The notes: a model not told the origin generated them from the sequence alone. DNA of 64,000 bases from an uncultured Pseudomonadota bacterium (GCA_963847705.1 CAWKBC010000017.1:128001-192000), one strand, 5' to 3'. Numbered from the stretch's first letter, positions 8,566 through 18,123 are shown. Numbers and translations are program-made.

Positions 8566-9501
8566 CTAGTTGCGTTGGGTTCGGCGGCGGCGCGTGACGA
8601 GCGCCAGCCCCACCAGCACGGCCGCCGCCAGTCGGTGCGAAGCTCCCTGGGCCGTGGCGCAGCCGCAGCCGTCGTCGGGCAAGTTCTGCGTGCAGGAGTG
8701 CGGATCGCTCGCGGCGGGATAGATGGCGCAGACGCCGCGCGCGTCGTCGGCCGTGAGGACGCGCTTGGCGATCGATTCCTGATCGATTCGGTACCACATG
8801 ACGGCATCGGCCTCGATCGCGATGCTGGGGTCGGGGTTGGGGGTGCAAATCGGGATCGACTCCTCCCCGCCGTCGGTGCTGGCGGGAGGGTCGCTGTTGT
8901 CGCCCGAATCGCCGCCGGTGCAGGTGTGCGCGAGGCCGAGGAAGTGTCCGAACTCGTGGGTCATCACGGTCTGGAGATCGAAGCGCAGCTGCGCGTGCTC
9001 GGGCGGGGGCGCGCCGGGATCCAGGTTGGCCCAGACGATGTCCGCGGTGGCGGCGTTGATCTCGATGTCGGCGTCGACGATGTGTCCGTTGGGCTCCTTC
9101 GACACCGTGGTGAAGGCCAGCGCCTCGGAGGCTTCTTCCCAGTTCGTGGTCTGGAAGATGATCGAGTTCTTGCCGTCGTTGCCGACGCCCGGGACCGACC
9201 CACCAGCCGCCATCTGCGGCAGGATCTCGAAGAAGGGATGGCCACCGCCCACGTCGGAGGGACAGGTGACGCTGTCGGGCCCCCAGGCGGCGGCCGCTCC
9301 GCCGATCGACTTGGCGACCTCGTCCGGCGTCATCGCGGTGAAGCCGTTCAGATAGATGGTCACGGTCTCGCAGCTCGAGGCCCAGTAGAGCGGATAGCCG
9401 GCCTCACTGGCGCTGCGCAGGTACGCCTGGGCGCTTCGGGCGCAGAGAGACGCCGCGATCGAGAGGCCGGCGAGGACCAGTGCGCGGGGCGCGCCGCTCA
9501 T
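8566..9501 (-). CDS. Matrixin (M10)-family zinc metalloprotease with MYXO-CTERM sorting signal
   Basis: Signal peptide ending AQA; HEFGHFLGLAH; Met-turn AVMWY; C-terminal GCGC-hydrophobic helix-RRRR. Start taken at ATG 9501, just after the upstream stop. Confidence 0.9.
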   Translation of the reverse strand: MSGAPRALVLAGLSIAASLCARSAQAYLRSASEAGYPLYWASSCETVTIYLNGFTAMTPDEVAKSIGGAAAAWGPDSVTCPSDVGGGHPFFEILPQMAAGGSVPGVGNDGKNSIIFQTTNWEEASEALAFTTVSKEPNGHIVDADIEINAATADIVWANLDPGAPPPEHAQLRFDLQTVMTHEFGHFLGLAHTCTGGDSGDNSDPPASTDGGEESIPICTPNPDPSIAIEADAVMWYRIDQESIAKRVLTADDARGVCAIYPAASDPHSCTQNLPDDGCGCATAQGASHRLAAAVLVGLALVTRRRRTQRN

Positions 9502-9502
9502 C

Positions 9503-10453
9503 TCAGCGGCGTCCGCCCGCCGTGCGGGCGCGGCGGCGCGCAATCAGGATCGCCGCCAGCAGCGCGAAGGTCGCCGGCGCGCCGGTGTCGCCCGGTCCGC
9601 CCGCCGCCCTGCAGCCGTCGCAGCCACCGTTGCCGTCGGTCCCGGGCGGTGGCGGGGGATGGTTGACCGAGTAGATCGTGCAGACGGCGTTCTGATCGTC
9701 GGGGGCCAGCGTCCGCTTTTGCGTGTCGCCCGGCTGCGCCGAAGGGTACATGGTGGTCGCCTTGACCTCGGGCGAGGCGCTCGTGCAGTCGGGAACCGGC
9801 TGGCCGTTGTTGTCGTCCGGACGCACGCCCGTCGCCGACGACAGCGCGTCGAAGCAGGTGTGGTCGAGCCCGATGAGGTGGCCGAACTCGTGGGTCAGCG
9901 CGTTCTGCAAATCCATGTCGCTGGACAGCTCGGGATCCTCCACCAGGTCAGCCCACTGGTAGTCGACCAGGTTGACCTCGACGTCGGCGTCGTAGATCTG
10001 GCCGGTCTTGGTGTTCGCGGTGTCCGTGGTGACGGCCAATGCCGTGGCGTCATACTCGACGTCGCAACTGCCGTCGGCGGCGATGTGACACCAGAGGCTG
10101 CTGTGAAAGATGAGCGAGTTGTGCCCGTCGTTGACGGCCAGCGGGGTCGGCGCGGTCGAGAGCGCCGGCACGAGCTCGAGGTAGGTGCAGGCGTTGGTCT
10201 GCTCGCTCCAGGCGGCGGCGGCTCCCTGCACGGCGTTGGCGACCTGGGCGATCGTCATGGAGGTCTGGGTGAAGTCGTTGGAGTAGCCGGTGATCGGCAC
10301 GGAGGCCTGTGCCCAGAAGAACGGCTCGCCGTCGTCGGTCAGGTAGCGGACGAACGCCTGGGCCGGGAGGCTGTGGCCGGCCAGGACCGCCACCGCGACG
10401 ACGGCGAGCGCGCTCGCCGAGCGCCGGCGCGTCGTGGCGCTGGCGCGCCTCAT
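9503..10453 (-). CDS. Matrixin (M10)-family zinc metalloprotease with MYXO-CTERM sorting signal (paralog)
   Basis: Signal peptide ending AQA; HEFGHLIGLDH; Met-turn TTMYP; C-terminal GGCDGC-hydrophobic helix-RRRAR. Confidence 0.9.
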   Translation of the reverse strand: MRRASATTRRRSASALAVVAVAVLAGHSLPAQAFVRYLTDDGEPFFWAQASVPITGYSNDFTQTSMTIAQVANAVQGAAAAWSEQTNACTYLELVPALSTAPTPLAVNDGHNSLIFHSSLWCHIAADGSCDVEYDATALAVTTDTANTKTGQIYDADVEVNLVDYQWADLVEDPELSSDMDLQNALTHEFGHLIGLDHTCFDALSSATGVRPDDNNGQPVPDCTSASPEVKATTMYPSAQPGDTQKRTLAPDDQNAVCTIYSVNHPPPPPGTDGNGGCDGCRAAGGPGDTGAPATFALLAAILIARRRARTAGGRR

Positions 10454-11010
10454 CGCCCGCCGATCAAGGCCCGGACGTCGCTGCGCAGCTCCGCGAGCGG
10501 CCGCGGCCGCGCTGAGAAGACCAATCCCGAGGCGGGCGTGGTGGGCACGAAGTCGGCCCCGCCGCGGTTGGGGGCGCTCACCATCCAGCGTCCGCTCTCG
10601 CGGCTGACGGGGCGCTTTCCCTGCGCCATTCCGACCACGCTGGCGTGGTCGGCCTTGCCGCGCAGGAACAGCAGCGTCCGCTCACCGCGCTCGAAGTGCG
10701 GCATGCCGTCGATCCGCATCGTCAGCTCACCGACGGTGCCACCCCCCTGCACGATCTGAACGTGCGAGCCCGGCGCCGCCGTCCCTTTCCAGCAGTCGAC
10801 GACGGTGACGTCGATGGTGGTCACGATCCGGTCGTGCTCGGCGTTCCAGGCCGCGGTTGTCGACACGACGTCGACGACCGAGATCTGGTCGGCGCGGGTC
10901 ACCAGCGTCGGCAGATCGAGCGCGAGGATCAGCGAGGCGGAGGCCGGCGACGACATCGCCAGGGCGGCGATCGGCGCAAGCATCGCGATCAGGCGACGCG
11001 AGGGGCGCAT
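10450..11010 (-). CDS. Secreted protein resembling the N-terminal (pro/TIMP-like OB-fold) domain of some bacterial matrixins
   Basis: Signal peptide ending ASA; L..LV.RAD..V...V.....W......I.T...V.V...WKG...GG.VG......G.P.F..GE..LLFL pattern; ATGA overlap with the protease gene. Confidence 0.7.
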   Translation of the reverse strand: MRPSRRLIAMLAPIAALAMSSPASASLILALDLPTLVTRADQISVVDVVSTTAAWNAEHDRIVTTIDVTVVDCWKGTAAPGSHVQIVQGGGTVGELTMRIDGMPHFERGERTLLFLRGKADHASVVGMAQGKRPVSRESGRWMVSAPNRGGADFVPTTPASGLVFSARPRPLAELRSDVRALIGGR

Positions 11011-11076
11011 ATGGGGCAATGATACGGCGGAAACGGCAGTTTGTTGAGGCCCCGCCGACCAGCCAGCCCGCTGCAA

Positions 11077-13374
11077 CTACGAAGGGAGTGAGCCGCCGGT
11101 CGGCGCAGGGGGCGTGGGCTGGACAGGCGCGGTCGTCGGGGGCGTGGTCCCGCCGGTGCGGGTGGGGGGGGTGGTGCGAACGTGATATGCGCCACCCGCG
11201 CCCGGCAGCGCCGGTCCCGCCTGGGCCTTCTCGCGGGCGAGCTCCATGAATCGATACTGACTGCGCAGCGGACGCGTGCCCGCCGCGACGGGCGTCACTC
11301 CGTTGAGGCCATTGACGCCGTTGGTCGCGCTCTCCGGCCGGACGCGGACATAGCTGCCGTCGGGGCCGAGCCGCCGCGACTTCACGTTGTCCGTCAGGGC
11401 GATGCCCAGGATCTCGTCGAACACCCGATCGCGCAGCCCCTCGTCTTCGATGGGGAACATCACCTCGACCCGCCGCTGGAAGTTGCGCGGCATCCAGTCG
11501 GCCGACGACAGGTAGACCTCTCGCTTGCCGCCGTTCTCGAAGGAGAAGATGCGCGCGTGCTCCAGGAACCGGTCGACGATGCTGGTGACGCGGATGTTGT
11601 CGCTCACGCCGGGGACCCCGGGCCGCAGGCAGCAGATGCCCCGGACGATGAGATCGATCGACGCACCGGCCTGCGAGGCGCGGTAGAGCGCCTTGATGAC
11701 CGGGCCGTCGACCAGGGCGTTCATCTTGGCGACGATTCGCCCCCGCGCGCCGAGGGCCGCCTCACGGTCGATGAGCGCGATGAGCCGCTCTTGCAGCCCG
11801 AGCGGCGCGACCGAGAACTTCTTCCAGGACGGAGGCGACGAATAGCCGGTGAGCAGGTTGAACAGCGCCCCGGCGTCGTCCGCGTAGGCGTCGCGCGCCG
11901 TGAAATAGGAGAGATCACCGTACACGCGCGCCGTCGACGGGTTGTAGTTGCCGGTCGACAGGTGGACGTAGCGCTTGATCCGGTTCCCCTCGCGCCGCAC
12001 CACCAGCGCCACCTTGCAGTGGGTCTTGAGGCCAATGAGCCCGTAGACCACGTGCACCCCGGCGTCCTCCAGCGTGCGCGCCCACTGGATGTTGGGCGCC
12101 TCGTCGAAGCGGGCCTTCAGCTCCACGACCGCGGTCACCTGCTTGCCGTTCTCGGCGGCGCGGATCAGCGCGCGGATGATCGCCGAGTCGGCGCTGGTCC
12201 GGTAGAGCGTCTGCTTGATGGCCAGCACGTTGGGATCGTCGGCCGCCTCGGAGATGAACTCGACCACGTCCTCGAACGACTCGTAGGGATGCTGGAGGAG
12301 CACGTCGCGCTGGGCGATGACGCGGAAGATGTCGTCGTACTCCTGGAGCGGCGGGACGATCTGCGGCGAGAAGGGCTCGTCCTTGTACTCGCGGAGATCC
12401 TCGCGCGAACAGATGGACATGAAGTCGGCCAGGTGCAGGGGCCCCTCGAACAGGTAGACGTCGTCCGGCTCGAGGCGCAGCGCCGAGCTCAAGAAGTTGA
12501 CCACCTCGGCGGGGGTGTCGTGCGCGATCTCCAGCCGGACGGCGCTGCCGCGCTCGCGCCGGCGCAGCTCCTTCTGGATCGTCTTCAGGAGGTCATCGGC
12601 CTCGTCCTCGTCGATGGAGAGATCGAAGTTGCGGGTGACGCGAAAGGCGCTGCAGCCGAGCACGCGGAAGCCGGGGAAGAGCTCGCCGGCGTGCATGGTG
12701 ATCAGGTCCTCCAGCAACGTGAACGAAAACTTTCCCGGGCCCGCGACCTCGGTGATGCGCGGGAGCACCGAGGGCACCTGGACCACCGCGACCATCGTCT
12801 CGCGGCGCGCCACCTTCTCCTTCTCGCGGTGCATCAGGATCGCCAGGTTGAGGCTGCGGTTTCGCAGCATCGGAAACGGGTGGTTGGGATCGACCGCCAG
12901 CGGGGTCAGCACCGGCCAGACCTCCTTGGCGAAGTAGGTCGAGAGAGGCGCCTTCTGCTCGGGCGTCAGATCCTGCGCGCGCAGCAGCCGGATTCCCGCC
13001 TCGGCCAGCCCCGGCGCGACCTCGGTCCGCCAGACGCGGTACTGCTCGGCCACCATGGCGTGGGCGCGCGCGCTGATGGCGGAGAGCTGCTCGGCGGCCG
13101 TCAGCCCGTCGGGCGGCGTCTCGGCGACGTTGCCCGAGAGCTGCTGCTTGAGCCCCGCCACGCGGACCATGAAGAACTCGTCCAGGTTCGAGGCGACGAT
13201 GGCCAGGAACTTGAGCCGCTCGACCAAGGGGACCGTGGCGTCGCGCGCCTCCTCCAGCACCCGCTCATTGAACCCGAGCCAGGACAGCTCCCGGTTGATG
13301 AACAGCTTGGCGTTGGCCGGATCGTTGACGACCGGCGGCTTCAGGACAACTTGCTTCCGCGAGCGACGGGCCAC
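11077..13374 (-). CDS. ppk1: Polyphosphate kinase 1
   Basis: FINRELSWL.FN.RVL, SNLDEFFMVRVAGL, HPFP, HPYESF, IKQTLYRT, ELKARFDE, KTHCK, GNYN, RFLEH, SADWMPRN. Confidence 0.97.
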   Translation of the reverse strand: MARRSRKQVVLKPPVVNDPANAKLFINRELSWLGFNERVLEEARDATVPLVERLKFLAIVASNLDEFFMVRVAGLKQQLSGNVAETPPDGLTAAEQLSAISARAHAMVAEQYRVWRTEVAPGLAEAGIRLLRAQDLTPEQKAPLSTYFAKEVWPVLTPLAVDPNHPFPMLRNRSLNLAILMHREKEKVARRETMVAVVQVPSVLPRITEVAGPGKFSFTLLEDLITMHAGELFPGFRVLGCSAFRVTRNFDLSIDEDEADDLLKTIQKELRRRERGSAVRLEIAHDTPAEVVNFLSSALRLEPDDVYLFEGPLHLADFMSICSREDLREYKDEPFSPQIVPPLQEYDDIFRVIAQRDVLLQHPYESFEDVVEFISEAADDPNVLAIKQTLYRTSADSAIIRALIRAAENGKQVTAVVELKARFDEAPNIQWARTLEDAGVHVVYGLIGLKTHCKVALVVRREGNRIKRYVHLSTGNYNPSTARVYGDLSYFTARDAYADDAGALFNLLTGYSSPPSWKKFSVAPLGLQERLIALIDREAALGARGRIVAKMNALVDGPVIKALYRASQAGASIDLIVRGICCLRPGVPGVSDNIRVTSIVDRFLEHARIFSFENGGKREVYLSSADWMPRNFQRRVEVMFPIEDEGLRDRVFDEILGIALTDNVKSRRLGPDGSYVRVRPESATNGVNGLNGVTPVAAGTRPLRSQYRFMELAREKAQAGPALPGAGGAYHVRTTPPTRTGGTTPPTTAPVQPTPPAPTGGSLPS

Positions 13375-13429
13375 GGCGGCGAGCTTACCTTACCGTCACC
13401 CTTCGCGCCCCGGACCGGCGGGGTGAGCG

Positions 13430-14434
13430 CTAATGCGCGTCAGTCAGAAACCCGGTGCGGCGCTCGTGTCCGGGAAAGTTGACCTGGACGGCCCGCCGAT
13501 CGCGACGGTGGCCATGCGCCCGCAGGCGCGCCCCCTTGAGCGTCTCCTCGACCAGATCCTCGAACGACAGCCCGGCGCTGTGCGCGATCTTGGGGAGCAG
13601 GCTCTGCGGCGTCATGCCGGGGAGGGTGTTCACCTCCAGCACGATCTCGTTCCCCTTCTCGCTGACGATGAGGTCGACGCGCGTCGCTCCTTCGCAGCCG
13701 AGCGCCTCGTGGGCCAGCGTCCCCAGCCGCAGCGCCGAGCGGTAACGCTCCGGCGAGAGGCGCGCCGGCAGGTGGTACTCGGTGCGGCCGCTGGTGTACT
13801 TGTTGCGGAAGTCGTAGAAGCCGCGCTTGGGGACGATCTCGACCGCGCCGAGCGGCTTGCCCTCCAGGATGGCGACCGAGATCTCCTTCCCCTCGACGAA
13901 GCGCTCCACCAGGACGTCGTCGTCGAAGCGCAGCGCCTGCTCGACAGCCGCCTCCAGCTCCAGCTCGTCGCGCGCGATCCGGATCCCCAGCGACGAGCCT
14001 TCGCCCGCCGGCTTGACGATCACCGGAAACCCGAACGACCCGTGCAGCTCCAGCAGCTCCTCGCCGCCGTCCGACTGGACGACGTAGCCGGGCGCGGTCG
14101 GCAGGTTGTTCAGCCGGAAGACCTCCTTGGCGCGGACCTTGTTCATTGCCAGCGCCGAGGCCAGCACGCCGGAGCCAGTGTAGGGGATTCCCAGAAGCTC
14201 GAGCAGCCCCTGGATGCAGCCGTCCTCGCCGTAGCGGCCGTGCAGCGCGATGAACGCCACGTCGATGCGCGCCTGCCTGAGCACCATGTCGACGTCGCGG
14301 TCGACGAACAGCGGCCAGGCGTCGTAGCCACGGTCGCTGAGGGCGGCCACCACAGCCTCTCCCGTGCGGATCGAGACGTCCCGCTCCGCCGACAGACCAC
14401 CCATGAGCACACCGATCTTGCGCTGTCCGATCAT
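13430..14434 (-). CDS. ddl: D-alanine--D-alanine ligase (DdlB type) with an Arg-rich C-terminal tail
   Basis: GVLMGGLSAER.VS, ALHGRYGEDGCIQG, PYTGSGVLASALAMNK, EGSSLG, FYDFRNKY, LEVNTLPGMT. Confidence 0.95.
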   Translation of the reverse strand: MIGQRKIGVLMGGLSAERDVSIRTGEAVVAALSDRGYDAWPLFVDRDVDMVLRQARIDVAFIALHGRYGEDGCIQGLLELLGIPYTGSGVLASALAMNKVRAKEVFRLNNLPTAPGYVVQSDGGEELLELHGSFGFPVIVKPAGEGSSLGIRIARDELELEAAVEQALRFDDDVLVERFVEGKEISVAILEGKPLGAVEIVPKRGFYDFRNKYTSGRTEYHLPARLSPERYRSALRLGTLAHEALGCEGATRVDLIVSEKGNEIVLEVNTLPGMTPQSLLPKIAHSAGLSFEDLVEETLKGARLRAHGHRRDRRAVQVNFPGHERRTGFLTDAH

Positions 14435-14499
14435 CCTTCACGGGTAACCTTGCTGCGTGCAGGCGTCAAAAAACTTCATCTGTGGTAAAGACGGGCGCC

Positions 14500-16281
14500 A
14501 TGACGTTTCTAGAAGCGGCCCTTGAAGTCCTTCGGCTGGAAGGCAAGCCGCTACATTACAAAGAGCTCACCGAGCGTGTGATCGGGAAGAAGCTCCTCAC
14601 CTTTGTGGGCCGCACGCCCGAAGTCACCATGCAGACCCAGCTCACGGCAGCGGTCAAGAAGGCGCCGGGCAACCCGTTCGTAAGGGTGAAGCCGGGCGTC
14701 TTCGGCCTCCTCCGCTATCCGGAGGTGAGCCCCGAAGAGCGGGCGGCGGCTGCGGCCGCGGCCAAGCCGGCCGAGGAGCCGCCCAAGCGCCCGCGCGCGG
14801 AGGACGAGGCGGCGCCGTCAGGCGACCGGGGCCGGCGGCGGCGCCGGGGCGGACGAGGCCGCGACGGAGCGCGGGACGGCGGACGCGACGAGGCGAGACG
14901 ACCCGCTCCCGGCGCTTCCGCGGGGGCCAGCCACCCGCACGGTCCGACCGATGAAGGCGAGGCCGACGAGCCCACCCACGGCGGCGGCCTCTCGGCCGAA
15001 GCGCGGGCCGCTGCGCTGGCGGAAACGGGCGTCCTGGAAGGCGACGACGACGCAGATGGAGACGAGGAGGTCCCACGCGCGATGGATTCGATGGACCAGC
15101 ACGAAATCGACGAAACCGACGAGGCCGGGGCATCGCCCGCGGCCCCCGGTGCGGGTGCGCCCGCCGACGAGGCAGCCGACCAAGGGGACGAGGACGAGGA
15201 CGAGGGAGAAGAGGGTGCCGCCGAGGCTGGCGCCGAGAAGAGCGAGGCTGGTCCCGATGGACGCCGGCCCGAGGGGGAGCTGGGCCCGGGTCGCCGCCGC
15301 CGTCGTCGTCGCCGTCGCGGCGGGCGTGGCGAAGCCGAAGAGTTCGGCGATTCACCGCGGCCGCCGGCGGGTGAATCGGCGCTCGCGGTCCCTGCGGGTG
15401 ACGCTCCCGGATTTTCCTCGAGCGATCTGTCGACAGGTGGGGCCTCGTCCGGTGACTCGGGCGGCGCTTCGCCGACGTCCGGTTCAGGAGACGGCGGGCA
15501 GGGCCCGCGTCGGATCATGACGCCGGTCGACGCCGCGCTGGAGATCATGCGCGGGCAGGCCCCGGGACGCGGGACCGCGGTCCGCCAGATCGCCGACATG
15601 GCGACGCGGCGGCGGCTGGTGCACGGCGAGCCGAACGAGGCCTGGCGCGTGATGCGCACGGCGCTGGCCGCCGAGCCGCGCGAGCGGCTGCGGGCCGGAA
15701 TGCGGCCCCGTGTCCGGCCGGCGGGCGCGGGCCTCTTCGCGCTGTCGCGCCGTCCGCCCGAGGCGGAGCTGGAGCGCGCCGAGCAGGTGTTCGGCGAGGC
15801 CAAGCGCGCACTGCGCGAGCGGACGCTCGCCTCGCTGGAGCGGCGGTTGAGCGAGCTGCCGGCGTCGGCGTTCGAGGCGGTCACGCGGGTCCTCCTGCAG
15901 CGCGAGGGGTTCGGCCCGGCGACCTTCGTGAAGCGGATCGAGGAGACGGTCTACGTCGAGGCGCTGCGGGGCCGCGGCGGACGCTCGTCGCGCTGCCTCA
16001 TCGGTCTGCGGTTCGGTCCGTCGTCGGGCGGGCGCCGCGCCATCGGCGAGCTGCGCGTCGGGATCGAGAAGCGCGGCCAGGACGAGGGCCTGCTGATGTT
16101 GGCCGGACGTCTGGCCGAGGACGCCATCGCGGCCTGGAAGGCGCCGGGACCGCCGATCGAGATCGCCGACGGGCCCGCGCTGGCCGAGACCTGCATCCGT
16201 CACGGCGTCGGGGTCATCAACGCGATGGTCAGCGTCGACTTCGTCGATGCCGACTTCTTCGCGGAGATCGCCGAGGGGTAG
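14500..16281 (+). CDS. HARE-HTH protein with acidic/Arg-rich disordered linker, second winged-HTH and degenerate Mrr-like C-terminal domain
   Basis: MTFLEAALEVLR.EGKPLHYKEL...GRTPEVTM...FVRVKPGVFGL (HARE-HTH); second copy MTPVDAALEIMR; L.EL...AFE.V...LL...GF (Mrr_cat-like start). Confidence 0.75.
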   Translation: MTFLEAALEVLRLEGKPLHYKELTERVIGKKLLTFVGRTPEVTMQTQLTAAVKKAPGNPFVRVKPGVFGLLRYPEVSPEERAAAAAAAKPAEEPPKRPRAEDEAAPSGDRGRRRRRGGRGRDGARDGGRDEARRPAPGASAGASHPHGPTDEGEADEPTHGGGLSAEARAAALAETGVLEGDDDADGDEEVPRAMDSMDQHEIDETDEAGASPAAPGAGAPADEAADQGDEDEDEGEEGAAEAGAEKSEAGPDGRRPEGELGPGRRRRRRRRRGGRGEAEEFGDSPRPPAGESALAVPAGDAPGFSSSDLSTGGASSGDSGGASPTSGSGDGGQGPRRIMTPVDAALEIMRGQAPGRGTAVRQIADMATRRRLVHGEPNEAWRVMRTALAAEPRERLRAGMRPRVRPAGAGLFALSRRPPEAELERAEQVFGEAKRALRERTLASLERRLSELPASAFEAVTRVLLQREGFGPATFVKRIEETVYVEALRGRGGRSSRCLIGLRFGPSSGGRRAIGELRVGIEKRGQDEGLLMLAGRLAEDAIAAWKAPGPPIEIADGPALAETCIRHGVGVINAMVSVDFVDADFFAEIAEG

Positions 16282-16984
16282 GGAGGGCGCGCTGGACGCC
16301 GTCTGGCGTTGGCTGGGGCGCGCGCCGTTCAGGGAGACCACCGCGCTGCAGGAACGCCTGCGCGCGGCGGTTCTGTCGGGCGAGGGACCGGAGACGCTGC
16401 TCTTCTGCGAGCACGACCCGGTCATCACGCGCGGCCGCTCCGCGCAGATCGCGAACATCCTGGCTCCGCCGGAGGAGCTCGCCCACCGCGGCGTCTCGGT
16501 CGAGCAGGCCTCGCGGGGTGGTGACGTCACCTACCACGGACCCGGCCAGCTGGTCGGCTACCCGGTGGTGCGGCTGCGCGGCGGTGTGGTCGATCACATG
16601 ACGGCGATGGCGCGGGCGATCGCCCGCGTCGTTTCCCAGCTCGGCGTCGCGACAGAGTTCCGGCGCGGCGCGCCCGGCCTGTGGACAAATGACGAAAAGC
16701 TGTGTGCATTCGGGGTGCATATCCGATCGCGCGTTGCCATTCATGGCTTCGCGCTCAACGTCACGACCGACCTCGATGCGTTCGACCTGATCGTTCCCTG
16801 CGGCCTCGTCGGCGCGCGCGTCACCTCGCTCGCGCGTCTTCTCGCGCCTCTCGGCGTCGCGCCGCCGCCGCTCGAGATCCTCGCGGCGCGCATCGCGCGC
16901 GAGCTCGGCGCGGAACTGAACGTCACGTTTCACGCCAACGCAATTGCAATGTCGAATGGGATCACTAGAATGAATGAAGCGTGA
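16247..16984 (+). CDS. lipB: Lipoyl(octanoyl) transferase LipB
   Basis: EHDPVIT.GR, RGGDVTYHGPGQLVGYP, GLW...KLCAFGVHI, HGFALNV, IVPCGL. Start uncertain. Confidence 0.95.
   Translation: MPTSSRRSPRGREGALDAVWRWLGRAPFRETTALQERLRAAVLSGEGPETLLFCEHDPVITRGRSAQIANILAPPEELAHRGVSVEQASRGGDVTYHGPGQLVGYPVVRLRGGVVDHMTAMARAIARVVSQLGVATEFRRGAPGLWTNDEKLCAFGVHIRSRVAIHGFALNVTTDLDAFDLIVPCGLVGARVTSLARLLAPLGVAPPPLEILAARIARELGAELNVTFHANAIAMSNGITRMNEA
16944..16971 (+). promoter_or_regulatory. Putative sigma70 promoter inside the lipB 3' end, serving the ATP-grasp gene
   Basis: TTGCAA-16 nt-TAGAAT, 9 nt before the GTG at 16981. Confidence 0.5.
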
Positions 16985-18123
16985 AGTCTGCTCACCAGCC
17001 GCGCGTTTTGGTCGTTCACAACCGCGACTACGAAGGGGCCGAGGCCGATCCCGAGAACCGCGCGCGCGCCGATGTTCTGGGAACGGCGCAGAGTGTGGCC
17101 AAGGTGCTCAGCGACAGCGGATACGACGCGGGCACGGTCAGCATCGGCAGCGATCTGTACGGCGCCGTCGCGGAGATCACCGACTTCGCGCCCGACGTGG
17201 TCTTCAATCTTTGCGAGTCGATCGACGGCGCGAGCAACCTCGAGCCGCTGCTGCCGCTGCTGCTGGAGCGCGCGGGGCTGGCCTACACCGGCTCGTCGCC
17301 GCTCACGCTCGGGCTGGCGGTGCACAAGCACAAGGCGAAGGATGTGCTGCGCGGCGCCGGCGTGCCGACGCCCGAGGCGGCCGTGCTGACCGCGTCTGAC
17401 GTGTCGAAGGTCCCGCTCGGGTTTCCGCTCATCGTCAAGCCGGCGCGCGAGGACGCCTCGGTCGGGATCACGACCGACTCGGTGGTCCACGATCGCGCGG
17501 CGCTCGAGCGTCAGGTGACGTTCGTGCTGGCCCGCTACCTGCAACCGGCGCTGGTCGAGAGTTACATCGAAGGTCGCGAGATCTACGTCTCGCTGCTGGG
17601 ACGGCCCGAGGGCGGCGTTCAGATCCTGCCGCTCTACGAGATCGACTTCTCCGAGATGCCTGCCGGCTGCCCGCGCATCGTCTCCTTCGACGGCAAGTGG
17701 GTGGAGAGCTCGCCTGAATTCCGCGGCACCAAGCCGGTGCCGTGCGAAGGGCTGTCGGCGTCCGTGCAGGCCCGGATCGCCGAGGTCGCCCAGACCGCTT
17801 TCGCGGCGATGGAGCTGCGTGACTACGCCCGCCTGGATGTGCGCCTGTCGGCCGACGGCACCCCCTACATCATCGACGTGAACCCCAACTGCGATCTGTC
17901 GGAAGGGGCCGGGTTCGCGCGGGCGGCACGCGCGGCCGGCCTCGGATATGATGAGGTGGTCCGGCGCATCGTCGACCTGGCTCTGCAGAGGCGTCCGCAT
18001 GCCGACACGATCCCCTTCACCGCGCGCACCCGCACGGTCCCGCGCGCCCGCCCGGAGACACGTCCGGACAATCGTCCGGTGCTCTCGACGCGGGCGGCGC
18101 GCCGGGGCGTTCGCTCGGGCTAG
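16981..18123 (+). CDS. Ddl-like ATP-grasp ligase (non-canonical D-Ala-D-Ala ligase family)
   Basis: VVFNLCES, YTGS, HK...K, PLIVKPAREDASVGI, VESYIEGRE, RDYARLDVR, IDVNPNCDL. Lacks the HG.GEDG motif. Confidence 0.85.
   Translation: MKSAHQPRVLVVHNRDYEGAEADPENRARADVLGTAQSVAKVLSDSGYDAGTVSIGSDLYGAVAEITDFAPDVVFNLCESIDGASNLEPLLPLLLERAGLAYTGSSPLTLGLAVHKHKAKDVLRGAGVPTPEAAVLTASDVSKVPLGFPLIVKPAREDASVGITTDSVVHDRAALERQVTFVLARYLQPALVESYIEGREIYVSLLGRPEGGVQILPLYEIDFSEMPAGCPRIVSFDGKWVESSPEFRGTKPVPCEGLSASVQARIAEVAQTAFAAMELRDYARLDVRLSADGTPYIIDVNPNCDLSEGAGFARAARAAGLGYDEVVRRIVDLALQRRPHADTIPFTARTRTVPRARPETRPDNRPVLSTRAARRGVRSG

Noticed and set aside
16927-16939. parS-like sequence gtttcacgccaac
   Set aside because: Only one half-site matches TGTTTCACGTGAAACA, the spacing is wrong, and it lies inside lipB.
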